NCBI GenBank assembly: GCA_964016885.1
Contig: CAXHJY010000639.1
Span: forward strand, 1-64,000
Direction of reading: 5' to 3'
DNA: 64,000 bases
Source: Eledone cirrhosa
Lineage: Eukaryota
Shown: one piece after another, positions 25,500 to 36,978 of the stretch
Layout of the letters: every line of letters starts with the position of its first letter
Numbering within the stretch: position 1 is the first letter of the stretch
Made by a program: the position numbers and the translations under genes
Notes under the pieces: model-generated
Database searches by the model: none
What the model saw: the letters and a program-made list of their open reading frames with translations, nothing else
Told to the model about the DNA's origin: nothing

Positions 25500-26370
25500 T
25501 ACCTATGTGAAAAAGAAAAAAATATCGAGAAATTATGAAGTATGAAAATATAGTTTATTCAATGAATTCGATCAAAGGGTCGCCATTTTGAAGCACTCGG
25601 ACTAGCAATGAGTTACTTGGTGAACGTCCCGTCGACTTTTTTGAACGGTAACCACAGCCAGCAAAACTGGAGAATGAAGACTATAATAAATGTTCATTAT
25701 CTGTACTATTTTCATACCGTTCCTATAATAAATATTGCTATATCAACAATAATTAAAGCCGTACCAGACATATACGGAGAACTGTACTATAACTGTATTG
25801 TCTTTCTACCACTAATATACATTGATTAATAGATACGTATATATATTTACAAAATATGAAAATAAAGGTTATATATTATAGGTGTATCGTAGTCTTTTAA
25901 CTTTTATCTTCCCTATGTTCAACCGATCTTTCCCGCATGAAAATAGCTAACGTTATCTACCCTCTCAATTATATCTCAGCGATGTCTCCTCCCCTTCTAC
26001 TCAACAACACTATTTCATAACAACCCACTCTGTGTAAGCCTATTTCCACCTCTGACCGCTGCTCCTGTTACTGCCACTCCGTCACTTCCCTTCTCTATTC
26101 TGCCTTCCTTTTTCACTACAACGACTTCCCGGATGTCACTACCAACTGATCTCCAACTTTGCTATTTAGTGGCGCTTTCGTAAAGAAACTATACACGTAC
26201 TACTACAATAACTATTACTACTACTACTAATCTACACCACTGTCTGTGTGGATCGAACCCATGTGGCCTTTTGCCCTTGTCTTTTAACATCTAAATATGA
26301 ACATCAATTTGGGAAATCGTTGAGCTATACATATAATTTTTCTCCCTCAAAAGCCCAACACACGGTAAGT
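25500..26370. promoter_or_regulatory. putative divergent promoter / first-exon region (CpG-retaining)
   Basis: About 25 CpGs in 0.9 kb by eye versus few elsewhere in unique DNA; YY1-type CAAAATGGCG on minus (25581-25590); ETS-like CCGGATGT near 26130; donor ACG|GTAAGT at 26364/26365. Confidence 0.5.
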
Positions 26371-27679
26371 TCATTAGATTGTGGTGTCAGACAGTATTTT
26401 GATGCTTTAATTTTAAATGTAGTTTATCTATTGATATTTCTATTTTTATCCTCCCCATTTTATAATTCAGTCTTAACTCTTGTTACTAATTTCTGGTTAG
26501 TTGTCAAAAGTATCTCTCTCTCCTTCTCCCCCTCTTTGATTTCAGTGTACGAACTCTTTTTAGTTCGTGCTAGTATGTTACTGTTCTCAAAGACAACTAA
26601 CCGGATTAACTTCACTAGTTATACACATATATGAGGATACACACACGCTCAGCTTTTCTATATATTCTGCTCTATTGCTGCATTAAAACTAACTCATCAT
26701 GACAGGTACCACCGTAAATATTCCTACGTAAATACATCTCCGACTTAAACTATCTCTATAAAATAACTATATTGGCATGTCTATATATATACTTACATAC
26801 ATGTATGTATACTTACTCATGCATACATATACATATATTTTAGTCACACACATATACACTCATATTAGTACTAACCATGGAAACATCTGGTTTAAATGAT
26901 GGCAATTTAACCTAGGTTTCCAGCCATTTGCCTTCATATGATTAGTTATTCTAAAATTATAAATGTCTGCTAATTGACTGTTGTCGTTATCTAGATGTGC
27001 TACTAGTCTTCTGCTCCATGTTGACATACTAACAGATATCCACCCCCTGTGTTACTGTAGACAGATTGACATAACTGCCACACTCACCAATCTGCTAATT
27101 TTTTTTCTCCTTTTTATCTTCTCGTTTCTGTCTTATTTTATTCCACGTCAGTTGTATGTTTCCACAACAGCGGGGAAACTAAGAAGCTGACCTCTATTAT
27201 TTCTTGGGATCATCTGAATCTCTTAGGTTGGGGGTTCCTAGATATTCCCTCCTGTTACCGCAACTATCACCACTAGCAGCGTCACCTCGCCAAAAGTAGT
27301 CTGTAAAACCCTCTTGTTTACACAAATTCTAGATTTTCATTTTCCCAAACTTGACCTATTAGCCTAAATTTGCTGTAAAGTGTATACATCAGATCAACAC
27401 AAGGAACAATTTATTTATCAACCTCCTTGTTGTTTTTGTTTTTTTTAATATTTCCTGTATATGTCTATATCACGAAATACATAGATACACACATACCTAT
27501 ACATACATACACACACACGCTTTGTATTGGCGGTCGCGAAAATGAGTACTCAATAGTATAGTTGAGATTAATATTTTCTTTAAAACCTAGTTTTTATCCG
27601 GGGTTTCTCTTGTAAATTCAGTGTCATCAGATATGACCCTGTTAGTAACAAGACCCAGACTTGGCATATATATATATAT

Positions 27680-27797
27680 ATAGGAAAAAGTATGACCCCG
27701 ACGGCAGAGCTCAAGCCGTTTCGACGGCTATTTCTGGACTCAGAAATAGCCGTCGAAACGGCTTGAGCTCTGCCGTCGGGGTCATACTTTTTCCTAT
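27680..27797. repeat. perfect palindrome with 57-bp arms and a 4-nt loop (GACT)
   Basis: 27680-27736 is the exact reverse complement of 27741-27797. Confidence 0.98.
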
Positions 27798-27865
27798 TTC
27801 CCACTCTACTACCATAAGTATTGAGTGCGTTATGGTCCATCTGGTTCCTTACCACAATTCCTTTG

Positions 27866-27907
<42 letters not shown>

Positions 27908-27996
27908 ATGTAAAAGGTAAACAGAAATAACAACACAATCGGTACAGTATATGGAAGGGATATATTAGGTTAACGCTTGATATATCAGGAAGAGGG

Positions 27997-28032
27997 TCTT
28001 AACGTTTCGGACGCTAGTCCTTCATCAGAAGA
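27997..28032 (-). ncRNA. minimal type I hammerhead motif (Penelope-like)
   Basis: tctt CTGATGA A GGAC tagc GTCC GAAACGTT aaga; 4-bp stem I, 4-bp stem II, palindromic ACGT stem III. Confidence 0.7.
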
Positions 28033-28121
28033 AAGAATGAGAAATAAAATAGATTGAGGGGATGGAATTGGAAAAAATGTCTTTAGATAAAAATAACAGG
28101 TCCATTCATGTTGACATCTCT

Positions 28122-28154
<33 letters not shown>

Positions 28155-28769
28155 GCCCAATTCTTATATGCTTGTTATGCATTGCATTATCAAGATTACC
28201 TTTAATCGCATTAACTTTTAGTCGTCTTTCGACCCTGACAGTATTGCCAAATTAACTGTTAAGCTAATCTTGGATTGTAAGTTTTTCTCTTGCTAGAAAC
28301 ATTACTGTGCGGTTTACAAATAGTACAAAATTATTTGGTATTTAATTGGTTTTGTAGTATAGGATGTGTTACTTGTCGTTGTGGTTATTTGCTACCACCT
28401 GCAGTTGATTAATTAATGTACATTGGTTTATACTACAAATATCGTCTGTAACTCTCTAATACTTTATGTACACACCCATTATGTTGCATATGATTATTCT
28501 TATATATATATATTTATGTATAATAACGTAACACTTCCGTGTTGATGTTTCCCCCTGCTCATAGTCACTAGTTGGATGAATACTGACCATAAATAGGATG
28601 AATATTGTCGGACGGATTTTCTTCGTAGGAGTTTCAGAAATTTGTATGAGTGTGTGTGTGTGTTAGTTACGTTGTCAACAGCTATAGGAATCATCTGCAA
28701 TGGGTGAGCTTTCAATCCTAGTAGACTTTACCCGAAAACAACACTTAACTTTGTCTAGCCGAGCGGAGA

Positions 28770-29140
28770 AACTCTAAGTGGTTGTTTGATCTTCTAGACC
28801 CGACAGCCAAATCTCCCTCAAATCACAACTTCTCGTTTATAAAAAGGATATGTTAGATAATATGGTCTTGGATTCCCTGCACATAGGAATAAGATGAGAT
28901 AGTCACGACTAGAATGCCTTTGATTTTAGATCTATTCTGACAGAAGTGACTTGAGTTTAAGCAAAAACTTGGTCACTTAACCTCCAATAACTAGCAGCCA
29001 AATCTCCCTCAAATCATGCCCTTTAAAAAGAACACATTGGATAAGTCCGAAGTACACTACTTGAAAAAAAAAATTTGAAAAAAGATAAGTTTGGAACTGG
29101 TCATATTTTTTGATCTTAGTTCTGTTTTATCAGGGTTGAC
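28770..29140 (+). repeat. two copies of a dispersed repeat (cagccaaatctccctcaaatca..)
   Basis: Related copies at about 2530-2690, 12240-12430, 13160-13260, 50430-50520, 54560-54730, 58780-58910. Confidence 0.7.
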
Positions 29141-29795
29141 ATGTACCTAAAATACAGGTTAGCTTAAAAATAAGCACATCCAAACATATTTTCACGTTTA
29201 TGAACTATTTTGGTGTAATAAAAAAAAATTTCCATTACAATGATTAGTGAAATCTAATGTTTGGTTTCCACTGAAGATTCTTGACACGGGTGTTTCCAAA
29301 TCACACTCTTAAAAAAGAAAGAGCTACATTAGATAATGTAGTCTTAAATGTACAAAAAGAAACGCCTTTAATCAGTTCTACTCGATGAAGGTTGATCTGT
29401 GTCAAAACAATTGTTGATTCTTAAGAATGTATAGTCTATATACAAAGACACTGGTCTAATTTTTGCTTGCAAGATAGGATAAATTTTTTAAAAGTCGGTC
29501 ACATCCTATATATGTTTCTCAGTTGACCTTTGATAACAATAAAATTGTTAAACATTTAAGCAATAATCATACTTGCTTGAGTAATTTCCTAAAATATATA
29601 TTTCTAAAATATAAGTTGTGTCAAAATTGTACAAAAGTAGATGATATCCATAGAACTACAGATGTTGAGAACATGGGTTTTACAAGCAGTATATCATCAC
29701 CATTTACTTTCCCATGCCAGCTTGTGTTTACCTAGAAAATATGTACATACAGCAAGAGACATGAAATAGTTTAGCCCCAGTCCGATATATATATA

Positions 29796-31069
29796 TGAGT
29801 CGACTGAAAATATTTTTCAACATAGTCACCTCTGTGGTCCACACACTTCTTCCATCGGTGTTGCAGTGCTTGGATCCCATTGGTGAAGAAGCTTTCATCA
29901 TGTTGGTAAAAAAAACTCATCAACAGCAGATATGACGTCATCATCATTGGGATTCTGGTTCCTAGCTATCTAGTCAGATGGGGCCAAATCAGGAGAATAG
30001 GTAGGGCGATCAACAAATTCAAAGCCACAGTTACGACAGCAGCCATAGAAACCAAGGACTTGTGTGCTGGAGCATTGTCCTGATGAAACACGACACCTTT
30101 CATCAGTTTTCCTTGGCATTTGGTATTGATGGCCTCTCATAACTGCCTCAGCAAGTTGGTGTAGTACTCTTCATTGATGGTGTGCCACTTTTGAAAATAA
30201 TCAATAAATATAATACGTTTTACACCACCAAAATCTGAAGCAATCGCCTTTCCAGTAGATAAATCGACATTGGCCTTCTTTGGAGTATGTGAAGGGCGGG
30301 GGGAGTTCCACGGCATGAGTTGGCTCTTTGTCTCTATCTCAAAATGATCAACCCAACACTCATCCTGGATTAGGAAATGTTCAAGGAAACCAGCTGGATC
30401 TAACTCGAACAATGTCAGATTTTCCCATGATGTGATCAGCCTGGTGTGCTTTTGATCTGGTGCCAGAAGATGTGGCTCCCACCAAGCAGAAACCTTTGTC
30501 ATGCCAAGTTCATTGTGCAGAATATTCTTAACTCTCTCACGAGATAGGCTAATAGCATTGGTTATTTGATTTATAGTCAATCACTATGTGGTGAACACAA
30601 TGTTTTCCTTGGTGGTGGCAGTTGCAGCATGTCAAGATCTTCGGTCATCTTCAAGACTCTCGCTTCCCTTCCTAAATTCAGCTGTCCACTTTTTCATTGT
30701 TGATAAAGCTGGAGTGTCATCCCCTAATGTAGCAACCATGTCAGCATGAATGTCTTTGGGGGCTAAACCCCTTTTTTTGGCAGGTATTTGATAACATCCC
30801 AATGCCAAATTTTGTCCATTTTCAAAAGAAGTCACTACTAGTTATCTTTTTTTGTCTTCTTTGAACAGTCAGATGTCAGTTTACCTGGAAAGAAACATCA
30901 TCATCATCATGTTACGTCCGCTTTTCCCTGCTTGCAAGGGTGGGACAATTAATTATTAAAAAATAACAATTAGTTATGAATAAGAAAAGTTGAAATTAAT
31001 GCATGCAAGATTTCACAGCTCTAACATCACTCTTCATAGTTAGCCTATGAACTTTTCAGCCCACCCTCA
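29796..31069 (-). mobile_element. mariner (DD34D-type) transposon, degraded
   Basis: TA-flanked TIR remnants (tgagtcgactgaaaa / ttttcagcccaccctca); transposase motifs W(E)PHLL, DECWV, HQDNAPAH, YSPDLAPSD. Confidence 0.9.
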
Positions 31070-31179
31070 TATATATATATATATATATATAAAGTATCTA
31101 ATGTCACTGGACCGAGATCTTTGGCGGTACTCAGTAATAGAGAAGACCCGCCTTACCTGAATACAAAGTAAAACCTACT

Positions 31180-31545
31180 ACAGTCAGTAGGCATCTCTAA
31201 CAAAACACACCCCCGTCCCACCACCCCCACCCCATCCACACCGCCCTTTCAATGTAAAGTTATGTTGGTGCCACAACATCCAGGCCGAAACAAATGAGAT
31301 CGTGTAGGTGTCACGACAAAAAAACACACAGTCCACGCTGTAATGTGGCCGTGTAGGCAACACGGTAAAAACCTCCCAGCCCCACACTGTAAATGTGGTT
31401 GGTGTTAGGAAGGGCATCCAGCTGTAGAAAACCTGCCAGACAGTCCTATGCGAGCAAGACAACCACTCTTGCCTCAAGTGGGAAAACTCCCGTCCAAACC
31501 CATGCAAGCGTGGAACATGGACGTTAAACGATGATGATGATGATG
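31180..31545 (+). mobile_element. short non-autonomous RTE derivative
   Basis: Same family as 55755-56190 (inverted); ends ggacgttaaac(gat)n. Confidence 0.8.
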
Positions 31546-32193
31546 ATATCATGATCATTTAACATCTGTTTTCCCTATTAACAAGGGCGGGGCAGGTTGC
31601 CACAGCCGAAGTCAATATTTAATCAGACCTACTGATCCCTCAGACAAGTTTGGGTCCCACTTCTCATTTACACTCCACAGAATGCACTAAACACATTTTA
31701 TCAGAGCCCCAGCACTAGGGAGCTTGTCATGTCATTGTCACAGCTGAAGAATCCTTCAAACCCTTTGTTTGGTAAGTTTTCTACAGTTGAATATCCTATA
31801 TGTATATTCTGTGTTAGATAACCACACACAAGTTCAAATGGTTAGCCTTATTAGATGAGTTGTGACAATTCCCGAAGATTTACTATGGTTATTGGCTATT
31901 CATATAGTGTCAACAGTTCATATTCAATCAGATGTACTAGACTTCACTGGCCAATTCAGTCTATTTAGTTGAAATTGAACGAAATTAGTCTGCTGGTAAA
32001 CAGAGCCTGATTTGTGATGTAACAGGTTTGATACAGACCTGTTAAAAAAACTGGCATTACTGCGAGTGCTCCAATACAAAATATACTTATAGACAGGGCT
32101 TTATGTTGACTTGAGGTATAGCTATTCTTAAGTGCAAACATAATGCTGAAATGATGAAATACCACTTAAACTATGACATATTTAAAGAATATA

Positions 32194-32330
32194 CGAGGTG
32201 TGTCAGAAAAGTTCCAGGACTGATGTCACAAAAGATTTATTTCAAACCCAAACTTTAAACTAAGAGTTTTCTCCTTCAAAGTAATCCCCCTGGAGTCTAA
32301 TGCACTTTTCCATCCTTTTATGCCACGCTT
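32194..32330. mobile_element. mariner terminal fragment
   Basis: TA|CGAGGTGTGTCAGAAAAGTTCC TIR-like start; minus frame ends ..GDYFEG. Confidence 0.7.
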
Positions 32331-32334
32331 GCAT

Positions 32335-33720
32335 GCACACCTGTGCTAAGTACACCTGACATCTAGCTTCTGTCTTAGCAGCTGTGTATCCTTTTCTACT
32401 CCCACCATTTTTCCAAGCCTTCCATGCCAGTCTTTTGTCTCTAATGGCCCTATCTACCGTGCTGTTCCACCCCCAGGTCACTCTCTGTCTGGTTGAAGCT
32501 CTGTCCCAGCCACAAGTTTCTTCAGTAGCCTGCAGTAAGTTGTCACATAAGAAATTCCAGTTTTCATCTATGTCATACGACTGTAAATCGTCTTCTTTTT
32601 CATCATACACATCTTGAAGGGCTTTGCTAAATTTATATTTTAGTGAAATGTCTTTTAGCTTCCAGACCTTTCTCTTTCTTTTCCGCACCTTCCTGTATGT
32701 CTCATTCTTTTTCTTGCTTACTGAGATGTCACTAACGACTAACCTATGCCGTGGGGTACATTCTTCCTCGGGGTATGCCTTAGTATTTGACACCATCTGT
32801 CTGTCTCGCTGTCTAACTAGCAGGAAGCCAATCTGGCTTATGTGCTCGCCTGATTTGTAGGTTATTAGGTGGTTGGTAGGTGTCTGGAAGTTAGTGTTGC
32901 AAATGGTTAGTGCACTTACATTACAAAATTCAAGAAGCCCCACTCCTTCATTTCTTGAGCTGTAACTGTGCCCACCATGTACCACAGTGTATCCATCCTG
33001 GAGCTGTCCAACATGGCCATTGAAGTCCCCTGCTAGCATAACGATGTCTCCAGTCCTCTGTCATTGAGGCTGTTTGTAAAAGTTGCTCATAAAAGCAGTC
33101 TTTCTCTTCTTTACCTAGGCTTGCCTGGGGAGAATAGGCAGAGATGATTGTCAGTAGTCTCTTGCCTACAACCAATCTAAGCTTAATTATTCTATTACTA
33201 ACTCGAACTACCTCTATTGTCTTATCGATCCATCTCTCGGTCAGTAATATGCCTTCCCCACCTAACCCATCATCATTACCCACCCAGAAAAGCTTATAAC
33301 TAAGATGTTTGCCTGCGATTAGTCTTGCAGAGGCACCTCTTCATCTCACCTCTTGCACGCAGCACAAATCCTCATGCCTTCTCTCCAGCATCTCCACTAT
33401 CTCACCAGATCTACCTGTTAGAGTGCCAACATTAAGTGTGGCAACTCCGAGATGCGACGTCTCGTTCTTTTTCTTGTTGTGCAATTGATTGATGACAGTC
33501 GGGGGGTTCTCGCACATGGCTGCACCAGTCACCCCACTAGTGTGCGCAGCCTTAATATAGTTAGTGTTATTGCTGTTTACGCAGTTGTTGCAAATCTCAT
33601 TTGTTGTGCTCATAGTTTTTGGAAGTAGTATATATACTGGTTGGATGCCCTTCCTAACACCAGCACCACTTTACAGCATGGACTGGGTGCTTTTATTCAT
33701 GCCACCAGCACTAGAGAGGT
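32335..33720 (-). mobile_element. RTE LINE 5' part (5' UTR + APE endonuclease), degraded
   Basis: VATLNVGTLTGRS..CVQEVR, SAYSPQ, AGDFNGHVG, QIGFLLVR, HRLVVSD. Confidence 0.9.
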
Positions 33721-33899
33721 TGTCTTACTGGACTCAGGGGCCCTCTTTACCTCTCCATTATAAATTACTGTAAATTTTGTGCTGCAACTGTTCATGTATA
33801 TTGAGAGAAAACCATGAAAGAGATACATTTATTTCTTGGATTCTTTTCACCATATTTGATGAAACTCCTTGAAAACTCTTCATTGAATTTGCAACAGGT

Positions 33900-35600
33900 A
33901 ATCAGCCAAGTTCATTTGTTGGAAGCTGCTCATAAAAATGGAAATATTTACCAGTGATCTTCCCTCCTTCAGAATGGCCAATCTGGAACTGCAGCCAAAA
34001 TAGTCCAGCTACTTCAGCAATGTGAATACTGCTGCCATCAGACAAAAATGCTATTTCTATACTTACCATAGTCATGACTCTGTCTTATTTGTCCAACAAT
34101 GAAATTTGCCACAGTTGCAAAAAGGTTGAACATTATACATAAGCAGTGAAAAGGAGTCACAACATCAACATCCTTCACTACAAGAAGGGGATATCAAGGA
34201 GATCAACTTGAAAAAGCTACTATCGGCATATATATATGGCGAAACAATGTTTTGATACTTTACGTGATTCAAATAGTGTCACCAGTTTCATTTTATGCTG
34301 GCATAGGTTGAATACTTGTCACAATGAGAATTAGTTCTTATTTGGAGTTAAAGCCCTCTTAGATGAGTCACAGGATTACATCTCACTTGTATGGCATGGT
34401 TCCTAAAGCTGGATGCCCTTCCTAACACCAGGTTGTTTGCAAGAATCTGTTCTCCCAACATCTCTGTAATGTTTTTAAACTAGCCTGATAACTCAATCAA
34501 AATCGACTAATTCTTCATTTTTCTATATTTCAAACATTTCCTTATGTAGGCTATTTATTTATTTATTTATTTATTTATTTTTTGTAAGAAAGGTTACATT
34601 TAAATGTTTTGCCTAACTTGTGTTCTATAATTCTAAGACATTACTTTTTTTAAACAACCTGACTCTGTTATATGTAAGCTTGGAAGATCATTCCTATTAG
34701 CGACTTCCTCCTCATACATCTCCCACCTACACCATGACCCCTTCATATATTCCCCACCTATACAGTGACCCCCTACCCACCACCTTTATTCCCCACCTAT
34801 ACAGTGACCCCCTCCCACCACCTTTATTCCCCACCAATACAATGACTTCTTCCTCTTCATATATTTCCCACCTATACAGTGACCTCCTCCTCATATATTT
34901 CTCATTTATACAATATACAGTCACTCTAAATTCGTCTGCTTTTCACCACTTGATGAAATGTTTAAGAAAGAGACTAAATGGTTTTTTAGCAATAGTATTA
35001 TTGAGCCCTCAGTATTTCCTTGTTGAGAACAAGTGGCAGTAGTAAGAATAAGTGGCAAAAGCCAATAGATTGTTACTGCTTTTGAGATCATTACTACTCC
35101 ACTAGCTAATATTGAAAATCCCATGTGTTATTTTTCCTACAATGCAAACAGCATATCAAATTCCACTTCACAATAATGATAAGAGCTATTATGTAATTGA
35201 AGCCAATGAATACTAATTCCAGTTTACAAAAATTACCCTTTGGTGTGATTAATGCTGTAAGAGTGATGAATTATGTAATTACCAGTAAGGATATCAGAAG
35301 AGTTTATGTTTATCTTGATAATGTTATTGAAGACCATGATGGAAACTTTACTCAATTTATTTCACTTATTAAAGGATTCAACATTACATTAAACAATGAC
35401 AAATATCTTCTCTGGCAAACATCCATTTGTTTCCTAGGATACAATATAGGAAATTATTCTTTACAACTTGGCCCAGAAAAAATGAATCTTTTCGTTGATT
35501 ATCTAATGCTTAGCAATACTAAACAACTATGACTAGTATGGTTGTAGAGTTACTACTTTAAATGACTGTCTCCTTTCATGGAACTAATTCAACTACTACT
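33900..35600 (+). mobile_element. highly decayed Gypsy LTR retrotransposon (gag knuckle + RT)
   Basis: ICHSCKKVEH near 34105-34135; AYQIPL, LPFGV, VYLDNV, FLGY at 35150-35460. Confidence 0.65.
34700..34910. repeat. minisatellite (~39-bp core ccccacctatacagtgaccc..)
   Basis: Repeated cccacctatacagtgacc units. Confidence 0.8.
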
Positions 35601-35854
35601 AATTCAACCACTACTACAAGGGCTTTGTAAACTATCTAGGGAGGAAAATACTCCGATTAAAAATGACAGCACAGGGCAAATGTGGACTTCATAATCCATA
35701 GTGAAGGCAGCCTGTTTAGGAAGAGCAGTGACTCTAATTAAAAAACAGCTGCATAGGGCAGATGTGACTTTGTAAGCCATAGTGAAGGCTACCCATCTAG
35801 AAACTGATATAGGATGGATGGAGAAAACTCTTGAGTCTAGTAAGACAACCTTTC

Positions 35855-36978
35855 TAGTGCTGGTGGCATGAATAATGCACCCAGTCCACACTGTAAAGTG
35901 TTAGGAAGTATATCCAGCCAGAAAAACCCTGCCAAAATTATGGAAAGCACAACACAAGACTCACATTAATTGCATATACAGGACTAACACCATTCGTGTT
36001 AGTGGTGTGCATGGTAGTTGGGGTGGTTAGAATAGCCATGCACAAGAACTCAACTATCATCAAGCAATTGCATAGCCTTTTTTACCTTCCAGGTACAAAG
36101 AACTACTCAAAGATCTAATTACTGACGGCTACCCCTCTATGTGGATATTCTGAAAGGTAGATCAGGAGAAATTGTAATGATACTAGAGAGAAGACATGTG
36201 GAAGTATCCTGTATACAAGAAGTGAGATGGAGGGGTGCCCCAGCGAGACTACTCACAGGCAAATAACACACATACAATTTTTTCTGGGTAGGAAATGATG
36301 ATGAGTTAGGTGATGTAAGCATTCTACTAATTGAGAATTGGACAGATGAGGTAATAGAGTAAGTGACAGAATTATCAAGCTTAGAATAGCTGTGGGCAAT
36401 AGAATGGTGACAATTGTATCTACTTATGCACCACAAGTAGGACTGAGTAAAAAACAAAAGGATCGTTTCTATGAGAAACTTTTACAGACAATCTCAATGA
36501 ATGGTGACAGAGACCATCATTTTTGCAGGCGATTTTAATGGACATGTTGAGCAGTACCAGGCTGGATTAACTGGAGTACACGGTGGATGTAGTTATGGCT
36601 CAAGAAATTAAGAGGCAGTGAGGCTCCTAGAATTCTGTGATGCAATGAAATAACCATTTGCAATTCTAACTTCAGGAAACCTGCCAGCCACCTAATCACT
36701 TACTAATCAGGCAAACACACAAGCCAGATTGATTTCTTACTTATAAGACAATGAAATAGACAGATGGTAATAAATGTTAAGTCCTTCTTCAGAGAAGAAT
36801 GTGATGCCCAACACAAGTTAGTTATTAGTGACATCAGAATAAACACAAAATAGTTAATCAGTAGCACAGGATGGAGTCCTATCCAATGACTGGAGCAGCA
36901 ATACAATTGTAAATTGCTACAAGGGTAAAGGGGATACCCTAGAAAGGAGCAACAACAGAAGAATAAAACTAATGGAGC
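35855..36978 (+). mobile_element. RTE LINE 5' part, degraded
   Basis: 5' UTR motif, then GRSGEIV..QEVRWRG, YAPQVG, AGDFNGHV, YKGKGD. Confidence 0.8.
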
